Source: Tubulanus polymorphus (lineage: Eukaryota; Animalia; Nemertea). Taken from it: a DNA stretch of 64,000 nucleotides. A program made the position numbers and the translations under genes. The stretch covers positions 8,579,950-8,643,949 of the forward strand of contig NC_134026.1 in NCBI RefSeq assembly GCF_964204645.1. The letters are read 5' to 3'. How positions within the stretch are numbered: the stretch's first letter is position 1; the number at the start of each line of letters is the position of its first letter. This document shows, piece by piece, positions 26,601 to 38,210 of this stretch. The notes beneath the pieces are model-generated. The model had not been told where the DNA came from. It saw only the letters and a program-made list of their open reading frames with translations, and ran no database searches.

Positions 26601-29600
26601 GGAATTTTTCACATTATCTCCAGCACTATAGGGTATTGATTAGTCAGCACTGAAAAGGTTATCAGCAGCCAGAACCAGCCCTTCAATATTCACCCCATTG
26701 TAGTGTGAAACTTCGTGATTACTTCTCGAAAGTGTGTTGATGGAATGATTCATGTCTGGCGTTCGCAGTAGATTAGTTCTAGGGTGAAGTCTTAGAACAC
26801 CGAATTTCAGTTTCACGGTTCTAAGTTCGATTTTCAGTTAAAACATCGAAATGAACTGATTTTAACACGAGATAACTCTAACTCGCAACCGTGGAACCGG
26901 GCCTCGGATATATGTACTTACCGGTAATCGCTTGATCGATCATGGCTCGCACTTCGAGGTCGTTTTCTTTGATATTCGCGTCTAGTTGTTGCGCCGATAT
27001 CCAGTGTAAACTGCGTATATGATTTTGTATCGAGAGATCTTGTTCTTCGTCGTCGGTCTGCAGCGGGCAGAACACCGTACGATACAGCCGCGTCATGATA
27101 TATCGTTCCATGAAATCCATCAACGTGTCGACCGTTTCCTGAGTCATTCCTGAAATAAGGTTGAAATGAAGTTTTTTACTTCCAGTATTTTTTCTAAACA
27201 AACCCCAGAACGTGCCCAGATCCAACCCTTTTTTGCCTTGCAAGGAAGAAATCTTGCATCATCATCCCTGCATATGCAAGATTTGTGAGGGCCAATAACT
27301 TGATCCAAGTTAAAACTGATGATTATGTATTTTGGCACAATGCTTTCAACTTCAATGCAATCAACTTCAATTCCAGTTCAATACTTTCAATCCATTGGAG
27401 CAATATGGATCTGCTAAGAATCCAATCAATTAACGCATTCAAATATCTAAGACAAATCCATGGAAACTGTTTGATTTTATGCGCGATCTAGAGGTCTCTT
27501 AACATTTCCCTGATTTTTAGTATTTCTACAAAATTCCCTGACTTTTTTAAAGAAACGATAATTCCCTGGGGCCAGTTTTATAGTCGGATATTAACTTTAA
27601 CCGGGGCTAATTCAATTCATTTTCAGTCAAAGTTAACCCCGGGGTTAAAGTTAATACCAGTCCATAAAACCAGGCCCTGAATTTTCTCTGACTTCCAGGT
27701 AAATGGCCACCCAGTTAGAGATTTAGGCTGGGAGGCAATATGAGCGTCATAAGTTGTGGATTATCTTAATGGGTTAAAATGATCATAGAACCATCAAACG
27801 TCAACACGAAAAAATACGCACCTTTAAATACCGCATTCGACAATAAGCGATCGTTCATCGCCTGATAGAAATCCTGCACCATTTCGGAGAGTTCGTCGAT
27901 CGGTATCTCACCGACCGATTGGAATTTCTCGATGAACGATCGCACCTGCTTCGACACGTCGAGCGCCGACGGCTTGCGCAACGTCCTCAGGAAATCGGCG
28001 AAGTCGCCGCCGACCTGTTGGCTTTCCATACTGCCGCGACGAGCGTGATTCCGGCTTGCGCCAGATTCCGAATCTGAAATTTTCGAACGAAACAATTATA
28101 TTTCAAGTATCGTACCGAGGACTGTTAATTATCATCCTCCCTATAAGGAGAATAGGGATTCGAACCAGATGGCATCGCTACACTCACCGGGTGCACAGGA
28201 TTGGCGCATGAAAACTTGCGGCACCAATCAGATTGCTCGTTGTATAATTGCTGATATAATTTCATGGAAGAACTATAAATGGGAAAACCCGAGCTAGAAT
28301 AAAACGGGATATCTGATTGACTAAACGACATCATATAAGCTGCGTGTGTAGCTGCGCACTCAGTCAAGTGTGGCAGGGTTTCGTACCGTGGCGAGTCTTG
28401 ATGCCATCGAGTTTGAATCCCTGCCGGGGAGGATGTGATCTCCTATTTGCATTTATGTATCATAAAATTAACTCGAATCAAATAAGTTATGTTACTTTGT
28501 GTATTAGGCTTTTATTCTGTAATCAAATATATTTCATAACCCTTAGTCTTAAGTTTTTAAGTCTGTAGGCTATAACACAATGAATAACCTTGGAAGTGAA
28601 TTCAATGTAAGCTTTCCTGTCGGATGGCGCTATAAGCACTTAGTCTTCAATAGTCCAACTTTTAATTTCATTACCAATTAACGTTTAACTGAATTCTCGC
28701 GAATCCATACATAACACCTACTAGACATGCATATTAGATTCTCATGCATTTTCAACTCAAAGTGATTCATATAGTTTTCATCGAAACTTGATTTTAATTG
28801 AGAAAAGCTGATTTGTGGTCAACTGAAACGAGGTAGAAATTGTACCACGGAAGACTAGAGTAACAACTAGCCAACTTGGTGGACCCCTTGATTGCCATAA
28901 ACGGAATCATTAATTGCCACTGTAGTAGTGTGGGAGGTAACCCATCGGAAAGTATAGAAGAAATCAACGAGAATAATCTACGCATATCTACCTACTATAT
29001 AAACGTCTCTATCGAAGTCAAGTCATAGCTATTAATATCAATAACGTAATCCATGAGGACCCACCCGAAACAGCGCGTCAAAACAATGAAACATCGTAAC
29101 CGCGAAAAAATACTACGAAACGTCGATACAAAAACATATTTCCATCAGCGCTATATTGCGACGATGATTCATTTTTCAAATTTGCTGCCAAAACTTCACA
29201 CCCACCGCAGCCAGTTCTACCGACAAATGACCCTAAGGGTGCGCGCGATTCACATCCATTGATCGTACGCGTTTTTACCTTTAACTGCATTTTTCTTGAT
29301 GCTGAATATCGATTTCATCGTGTTCGACCTCTTTTCGGCGATCTGTTTCTTCTTTTCTTCGAATTTTGAAAACGAAGGCGGCGAATCGGAACTTCCGCCG
29401 ACAGCCATTCTACAGCGAACAGTAAAGAAAAAAAACAGAGAGTTATCAAATTTTCCTTGGCACATCGACGCAAGATTATACGCGCGAGAAAGTAGTTGAA
29501 TAAACACTCTATTCCGCGCATATAATAGAAGAAGTCCCACAATTCGAATTTTAGACGATACAATTTATCAAAATGAAGCCACAATTTATTCTAATAAATT

Positions 29601-30955
29601 GTATCATATAAAAATCGAATTGTGGGACTTCTATTATTATAGGCCTTTGGTTTTTTATGAACTGGAATTTGCAATTATCTATAATTTCAGTCGATATCTT
29701 AGTACAAAGACATAGTTCTATGCAATGTTTTCCACTAGAGGTTTTAGAGGGGCGGCAACCATTTTCATTTTTACGTGCACCCCTCTGAAAATCAGCCACC
29801 TCTTATAAAATATCTGCTGCCCCTAACGGAGTGGATGTCAAAAGTCTATCGATTCTGATAATTGCTTCGCAATTGAGCTAATGTGAAAAATAGGAGATAA
29901 CAACAAAAATCTAGCTTAATTTTCTGTGTTTTTTGGGGGATCGAAAGCCTTGCTACCTCAGTAGCCACAACGTCGTACGCTAAACAATGAATGCACCCCC
30001 CTTTTGAAATTGCAGCATAAGGAAAGCACTGCTAAATAAATCAAACCAATCTAGCGAAACAATTCCTAGCTCAACATCTGAGCCCTATTTCACAAAACTC
30101 AAAAAGACCGCGTTATACTGAAATGCAATCCTAATAACCACGCAAATTATACGAACGTTATTACTCAAAGATCTGAAATCGATGCATCAATTGAAATGAA
30201 CAATACTAAAACATATCAGAACATTTACGCCAAGTTGCCACTTCAGACAAGCCCGGCGTGTATACACCCTGTCGGTGTCCATGATACCAGATACCAGAGT
30301 CCAAGCCCAATCCGTATCTAATCTAAGCAATCATATATTTCCAAATCGTCATCAAAATTTATACCCCTTCTATAGACCCGAATAATTCTATTTTACGCAA
30401 AGATGAAATGAGAAAAAAAAAACGAGCGCGTTTCTAACTTGCCTGTACTTCGAATAGCTCAGCCGCGTTTCTATGATGAATATCATCATGTTAAATGAAT
30501 TATTTCGGATTTTCGCGCAGTTTTGTTCGCCGCCGATGCCCGGGGAAAAAAATCATCGACGCGCACATACACACGTATGTACAATAAACTTATCCGAACG
30601 AAAATTTTATTAATTCTATGATACCGAGCGTGTTTTCCATCCAAAACGAGTCCCGCTGGAACCGTAAAACCGGGCAGCCAGGACTGGGGAATCGAACCGG
30701 AGTTCATGGAAACAATTAGCGACTATTGCTCGACGCATAAAGTAAGTTGCGTTACCTTTTCGCGCGCATTTCGTCGTGTTGCATCTGGGCCTGTTTCGCT
30801 TTCTGGTAAACTTCGCGATAGCACTTCGAGCAGAAGCCCTGCCACGCCGGATTTCCGTAGTAGCCGCAGCCATTTTTGCACAGCAGCTCCGACTCGTCGA
30901 CGTGGAAGCCCTTTTTGTGCGGGTTCTTCGCGCTGGGTACTTTGTCGTCACTCAT
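23624..30955 (-). CDS. RABGEF1: Rab5 GDP/GTP exchange factor Rabex-5 (A20 zinc finger, helical bundle, VPS9 domain, coiled coil), 485 aa, 6 coding exons
   Basis: complement join(30756..30955,29279..29409,27822..28073,26922..27149,24738..24994,23624..24013) = 1458 nt, GT-AG and phase-consistent. A20 Zn[22 protein letters not shown]; FSKFEEKK; VPS9 motifs [28 protein letters not shown] and [10 protein letters not shown]; C-terminal LPPPL. An acceptor at 30997-30998 indicates upstream 5'UTR exon(s). Confidence 0.96.
26376..26662. mobile_element. piggyBac-like MITE (about 285 bp family), copy 1
   Basis: TTAA-CCCTTTCAG...CTGAAAAGG-TTAT termini and internal TACACCGCAGTGCGGTGTA-like palindromes; homologous to the copies at 37390, 45169 and 56342. 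Confidence 0.8.
28133..28435. mobile_element. About 310 bp TIR element with B-box-like arms, copy 2, in a RABGEF1 intron
   Basis: CATCCTCCC...GGGAGGATG; GGATTCGAACC in the left arm and GAGTTTGAATCC in the right arm. Confidence 0.7.
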
Positions 30956-32751
30956 GACTGACTCACGCGATATGTCAATGTATGATCAAACACAATCTGC
31001 AAAGAAAAAAGATGAAGAAATTTTCTCAACTCAACTGGCGAAAGATGTGCACGATTGATCGGTGATGTCTTTTTCAAAGGTTCACTTGGATGACCACAGA
31101 TACCAAGTCAGACGTTCTACGCGACAGGTTTAGAGGGGTGCCCAGCCCTTTCATTTTTACATCCATCCCCCTGAAAATAAACTTTGGGTCAACTTAAACC
31201 CTGGCACTGGTAAAGTGCTTGTGTTCAGGTGATTTTTCCAGCTTTCGACGCAATGCAAAATACGTTCTTATGTGCTGGAAACTCAGCGCACTTTGCGCTG
31301 CGTTTTGTCCTCAATGTGCGTGTGTCATCACTCAAAATCTGGTGATAGTAGCTAGCTTATCGATTTCAGAATAGAAAATTGTTGATTTATTATATGACTA
31401 TCACTTTCTGTATGATACGGTCTTACTTGGATTAATGAAAGCGTAGTTTTCCCCTTGAAGGACCCCCAATCTCAATGATAAGAACCGAAGAATTCCTTCA
31501 TGTTCGAATAGATTTGACAAGGATGATGTGTAAATGGTGCAGATATGTAGTAAATATGGTTGTATATACCGGTACATGCTTGCCAAAGCTCCATTTGCTG
31601 AGCACTTTTTTCAGCTTGTGTGCTGGACCTATATTCTACTACGTTCCGCGCTAAATGTAAACGAACTTGGCGCCGTGCAGAATGCGCTCATTTGCAGTCG
31701 CGTTAAGCTTTGGTTTGGTTGCTATCAGATGCCCGTGCCCTGCTATAGAAGTTCAAAATGGTTCATAACTTTATTGCAATGGTGAGACAGTGCAGATAAA
31801 AACACTACATTTCAGGACCTATCAAGCAAGTATTACGAGGTGTTGTCATGAGTCATTAAAATCGATTTGGATTTACGTAAGTTAATCAGTATGTGAACAC
31901 AAACTACTACGGGGGCAATCGATATTTTGTCTGAGTGGTTTAGGCTGATTGCAGTTCAAAAAAGGGTTACAGCTGGTCAAGCAGGCCCCTGCACATAGTT
32001 ATTGCAATCTAGTTTAACGACAGTGACAAGTACACCTAGTATGTAGATGAGAGTTTCAAACGTATATATTTGATGCCCATATCTAACGACCCAATTCGAT
32101 TCAATATGCTCGATATCTCCGTCACAACCCAAAAAGTACGCCGATCGTGTGCGTAATTCGGCATGAGCTACTCGTTGCCAAATTTAGTAATAGCTGTATA
32201 GCTGATGCTAACGTGCGGGGGACATTTTTTAGCACAGAAGCTCAGCAAAAACTGTGCGGAAAAAAATATCAGTTCTAAATGGGTATATTGAATTCAATTC
32301 AATCTAACTTTATCGTAAGCGCGAAGCCAAAAATGGATTGAAAAAGTTTAAGACGTTACGAACATTATAGCCATAAGGACCATGACGAGCTTTCAGAGGG
32401 TCAAATCCAGACCCTTTTCAATGGAGTACCCCTATGAAAATTTGGCGCCTTGCGGTAATCATCCCACCACTGCCTCAAATATTTCTTGCGCTCATTAACA
32501 CGATATAAATAAGCATTTTTGTAGTACGTGCGGTAAAAATGGAATCCGAATTACATTTTCTACGTGAATGCAATGCATATACATGTAAACTTTCAAGAAA
32601 TGACAACGAAATTGAAGATGCACTAAATGTTTTGTTGATCATATACGTAATATCCCTTTCGAGTATCGAAGCCCCACGAATATGTAACATGAAATTTTGC
32701 GTCTTGTAAGCCTTAAAACTGGCTTCACATGTAAAGACGATGCTATAATAA

Positions 32752-32905
32752 ACTACTGTCAACCCCCGACATACCGCCCACATCGGTGCAGATTTTGGCG
32801 GTATAAAGAATATGGCGGTATATTGGGGGTGGGGGTGTTTTACTCTGTATTACTCTGTATCCGAGGCGGCGTATATGGGAGGGTGGTATAGCGGGGGTTG
32901 ACTGT
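32752..32905. mobile_element. Tc1/mariner-like MITE
   Basis: TA-CTGTCAACCCCCG...CGGGGGTTGACTG TIR with internal ATACCGCC/GGCGGTAT repeats. Confidence 0.6.
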
Positions 32906-33489
32906 TTAATAATATATAGGATCAATAAACGGAATATTGAAAAACTTACTCGATTACAATAGAACGGAACTGTGTTTGTAAACACACGCAACGAGGTAAA
33001 TTTCCACCGTACACACTAAACCGTCACCGGCAACTTATCGTTGATAATCGATAATCATGTGATCAGATTTTCGAAACAAACGTTGACCTAATGAGAATAT
33101 CATTGAATTGACCCGACCAGCGGCAATAAATAATTGGCGACAAGTCATTTCTTTAGAACATACGAATATAAGTTAAAAATGCCAACTTTCTCGCAAAAGT
33201 ACTCATTACCCGTTGTCCAACCGGCAAGTTCTAGTTTTACGCGATTGCATGCCAGGTCGCTAGATATATCAATTGTGTCGTGATATCGTTTGATATAAGG
33301 AAAAATGCAAACGTTAATCTTTATGAAACATGTGCATTGTCTCTTACGCGTCCACAAGGACATTTGGCGTCAGTTTTTTTCTTGTTTATAAAGTTTGCGT
33401 TTTTTATTGGCCAAGCGTATACCGACCAAAGGCCAACCATGATATCAACCATGACTGATCTAAGATGAAACCACGCGAGACATGTCTGG

Positions 33490-33637
<148 letters not shown>

Positions 33638-35575
33638 TGGGAAAGGGCTGAATTGGGAAAAGGGCAAAATCGGAATTAGGGGCAAAATGGAAAAGCCAGG
33701 GCGAAATGGGAATCAACCATTGATGATATCAAACTGTTACAACGATCCGTGTAGTGTAGCCGGGTGGTGTGGTTTGCCTGGCAATATCAGTCATATTGCG
33801 AACAAATACACAATGTGTGCCCCTCAAAACGAAGATATTGAAACAAGAAAATTAACTTTAATAAACTATTTGACGCCTGCGAAAAAATGTAGAATTTCTG
33901 GGATAAGCTTGTGACTTGTGACCGACTTCGATTCACTTTTGCCTCTAAGCTGGTCTGCAACTTCATTGCCTCCATGGTTGAAGAAAGAGCTCTTCTGATG
34001 TCTGCTTCATCATGACTTTGAGCATATGGTGTAGCCAGCCGGCCCGGTCCCGGGGCCCGGTTTGGCTGTCACTCGATATCCTAGACTTGAGTCTGGGTTG
34101 AAGTAGACATTGTCATTTTAATAACTTATTCATGTTATTCTGTATGAATTACCCGTGTGTCTTGTATTTTGTATTTTCTTAGTTTAAAATTTGTAACTTT
34201 ATTGAATTTGGGAATTTTATCCCGGAATTTCAATGTAATAAGGATCAATAAAGTATTGAATTGAATTGTCACCTTATACACATGCCATCAGTGGACGCGG
34301 AGCCGTATATGACAGCTATGCTATTATAAATTGCTAATCTCATGAAACCTGCATACCCCTAATATCGAACATATTTTCTAAAACATTTGAATATTGAAAT
34401 TATATGTTTACACGTTTTTATATAGACCGCTTGTAGCCGCCGATGAAATTCACGCCGGCCCTACTCAGATCGTAGATAGCTTCATCATTCCACTAGCATC
34501 CCCATGACAGGGTCTGACTTTTATATCAGACTTCCAAATCGTGTTTACATCCGCCATTTAACCGAATAATCCGATTTACTTATCATTTCTATTTATGCCT
34601 GCCGCTCCTGATATAATCATACATCATTTACTATTACAATACGTCTTCTCATGATATTCAATGCAATATAACATTTCGAATGTTCAAATAGAGGTCATTA
34701 TATAATCACAGGGAGCCATTCTACATCTTTATCAATAATATTTTGCCAAATAGCTTGTATGTGTACACATAAACCTGTGACGTTTTGCACATCGATTTTG
34801 TAAAATGACGCTGAATGGTTAGCATTGTTAAGGTTTCATAATGGTAACGTTTTATAAGGCGTCAAAAAAATTGTACTCAATATAACCTCAGCCGTATGAA
34901 TACTGTCCCCAGTAATGAACGGGGCGTGCCCTCCAACCATTTCAGAAATGATTACTCCAACTACTGCAACGCCCTTTGATTGCGAAAATCGAATGAACTT
35001 AAATGTCCGTCAAAAATTGCCCGCAAACTAGAAAATGGAAAAATGTGGGATCTCCTACCTGAATCGCTGAATGAACAAGAAGACGCATTACACAAACACA
35101 TAAAATGTGACTACATATGAAATACGCATCAGGTATATATATATATATATACCTACCTTCAGTGGTTACCGGGATCATAGTGTGACAGATGGAAAATATC
35201 ATCGTTGGTAATATAGCAAAATATAGAAAAAAAATGTAACGACGAATATCATGATCCTCAATGAAATATGCGTAAAATGTGTCGCACAGACATAAGCAGA
35301 TTAAATACTTCTAAGGCCGATAAAAAAGATCGTATGATTCTGACGTTCGCGATAGCTTAACTGATTTTAGAGACGGTTCCGATTTTGACATTCATCGAGT
35401 AGGCCGACAAGCGCTCGCACTTAAAATTATCCTTATCCATTCCTAACTCTTTACAAGCAAATCAAGCGGCTTTCGTAAAATTGAGTGGACTAGAAATAGC
35501 GCGGAAATTCGATTTAATTTTTGAAGAATAAAAATCCCAAATTGGTGACCTTAAAATTGACATTTAGAATTGACG

Positions 35576-35826
35576 TTTAACTCTCAATTGAGATTAGTTC
35601 ATTTTCAACGTTTCGACTAAAATAAAATAGTGCTGAAATTTGATTTTGACCGAAAAACCCATATCGGTGGCTTTAAAATTGTACATTTAACTCTCAATTG
35701 AGATTAGTTCATTTTCAACGTTTCGACTAAAATAAAATAGTGCTGAAATTTGATTTTGACCGAAAAACCCATATCGGTGGCTTTAAAATTGTACATTTAA
35801 CTCTCAATTGAGATTAGTTCATTTTC
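35576..35826. repeat. Tandem repeat, 110-bp unit x about 2.3, copies identical
   Basis: TTTAACTCTCAATTGAGATTAGTTCATTTTC... starts at 35576, 35686 and 35796. Confidence 0.92.
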
Positions 35827-37389
35827 GATGTTTTAACTGTATAATGAAATTTAACCCGGAACTACAGAAACCGGATCCCAGGCGACGCAAACTTCGGCAT
35901 TTACCTTAATTCTTCTCCAGCTTTATTCACAGCCGCGAATCAATTATCCTCGGAATATTCGCCGAACGAATTCCCCGCCCATGATTCCGAACGCACGGCC
36001 GATCGTAAAAAAAAAACGCGCACGTTTATATCGTCGTGTTTTATCTATAATGAGCGACGAAGAGAGATGAGATCATTGTCTAAATTTAGCGTCGATTTAT
36101 TGAACGCTATAGCGACGCCGGTCATGTCGAAAGAGTGTAGACTGTTCGATTTGTGTGCGACATCTTGCGATATTGTCACTCGTGGGATTTAAACATCGGC
36201 CTTTTCTTCACTTCCGAGCCTGGATACCAGGCTCGCAATAGTGATAACCTATTGAACCCTAAAAGCTGCTGTGGAATTTCAGGAAGCGCATTAACAAGCA
36301 GTATCGGGTCTGGGATTTCCAAAAATCCCCTGCCACTGATCCTTATGATCCCTGATATCTTCTAAAGCGCCCTAATTTGTTCACTCAACTTGGAATCCTT
36401 ATTACCATACATAATTTCGCTCGTAATGATTTCTACAATTTTATCAAATTAGGCGAAACGCACCCATTTTTCCTATATTGAACCTATACCACTGAATTGG
36501 GTGGCTCATATTAACATTCAGCCGGGCGAATAAACCATGGTTTGTAGCGGTAAGGCTCAAGCGCTTTTTGGTGCGGAAAAAGGAGCACCTTTCTTATTTA
36601 TTGCACTGATGATAGACAATGTAACTGCTCATCACGATTTGTCAAACCATAACGATAACCTATGGACACCTCATCCTCGAGAATCATGCAGCAGGAAATG
36701 TTATTAGCTCTGAAGTGATGTACGCTCGGCTTATGACTTTCTGATCAACAATACTATTATGAATGTTGTGACAAAATTTATTTTGATGAATTGCAAGTCA
36801 AAAGTAGTACTTTAAAACGTTTTTTTTGGGGAAGTAAGCACCAATCATAGCCTTAACAATTTTCTCCAAAAAGTAGCGCTTTTAAGTAGCACTTGCAAAA
36901 ATAAAACCATTTAAACATCTAATAATGGGTACAGGCCTAGTTTAATTAAATTTTTGCGATACATTGGCCACAGTGTATCATTCTTAAGTGGTTTGAAATC
37001 TTCGCACAAGTGTTTTGGCCCATGCCAAATTTTGCCAACTGTTCACATGGGTGCCAAATGGACCCGAGCCTGTTTCGTTCGCCCAAAAACGTCAGCCCAG
37101 ACCCGAGCCAAATTTCAGCACAGGACAAATGATTACGTTTGAATTGCAACTGGTACCGGAATTGACTCACGCTTTGTTTGAGCATTGTTTAGTATCGATT
37201 GAGATAATAGTTTACGTGTGAGTGCGCTCTCAAATAAGACACGGGCCAAATTTGGCTCGAGCCTCATCCGTGCCAATTTTGCCCGGGCCGAATCGTCCGC
37301 GTGCGATCGCGACTATCGATCGATACATTCGATACACGATATAAACAGCTGTGGATTTCAGACGAATAATCCGTAATCGATCAGTGCAA

Positions 37390-37676
37390 TTAACCATTTC
37401 AGTGCTGGCTAATTAATACCCTATAGTGCTGAAGATAATTTGAAAATTCTGAAAAAAGTGTGTTGAATAACGGGAATAGCACCATCGTGCATCTACACCC
37501 TGGTGCGGTATATCGTTAGTTACTAATATTTCACTATGTTAGACAGGTGCTGCCATCTCTCAACAGAGATAATTAGTAATTACTAATTAAATCAATACAC
37601 CGCAGTGGGGTGTACTAGCAAAATCCATCACTGATTCGTACACCGCACTGCGGTGTAGATGCACTGAAAGGGTTAA
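37390..37676. mobile_element. piggyBac-like MITE, copy 2 (opposite orientation)
   Basis: TTAA-CCATTTCAGTGC...GCACTGAAAGGG-TTAA. Confidence 0.85.
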
Positions 37677-37975
37677 ACTGTTCCAAACAGCCGTTTAGCT
37701 AGAAAATATACTTTGAACGCGGACGCAGTTGCCCACATGATATATGTATCTCGTTATATTCGTATGATTTCGTACGACGCAAAATATCAATAAATCTAGA
37801 TATCGATAAATCAATTATTGTCGATGTTATTAAATCGTCGAATGATGAGACTAACATTTGTCACCACCACAGTTATCAAGGCTACGACTGCGACTGCGCA
37901 GTAACACCTTTCTATGCACATCAGTATTTCTAAATCAGTAACAAATACGTGTAGTCGCGGACGGACTGATGATAG

Positions 37976-38210
37976 CAGGGGGTCTGATCTGAGCACTTTG
38001 TCCGATTGCCCGGGACGAGTATATTCTCCTCAGTAGGGCAAGTAGGTTATCATTATCACTTGTCCACCGCGCTATATAGTGCAATCCTATGTCTCAAAGC
38101 TTTTTTGCACTCGATGCAATGAATGATTGTGCCACCAATTGGACTGCCTATGCAGGGCAAGTTTTGGTAGCCACACGGGCAAGTGGCTTTTATTCCTTAG
38201 ATCGAACCCT
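37976..38210. mobile_element. CAGGG-ended MITE (hAT-like termini); second copy at about 46203-46456 in reverse orientation
   Basis: CAGGGGGTCTGATCT...AGATCGAACCCTG with internal GGGCAAGT repeats shared with 46203-46456. No clean 8-bp TSD seen. Confidence 0.55.

Noticed and set aside
30443-30470. Candidate 28-nt RABGEF1 microexon (AG|AAACGCGG...GTACAG|GCAAGT, reading [10 protein letters not shown])
   Set aside because: Its length is not a multiple of 3 with any nearby donor (22, 28 or 32 nt), so it would frameshift the downstream exon; no compensating exon was found.
32385-32425. Hammerhead-like hairpin (minus strand UUGAAAA-GGGUC..GACCC-UCU-GAAAGCUC)
   Set aside because: The CUGANGA core is absent; at best a decayed Penelope terminus.
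35576-35826. CRISPR-like array
   Set aside because: The units are fully identical with no unique spacers, there are no cas genes, and the context is eukaryotic.
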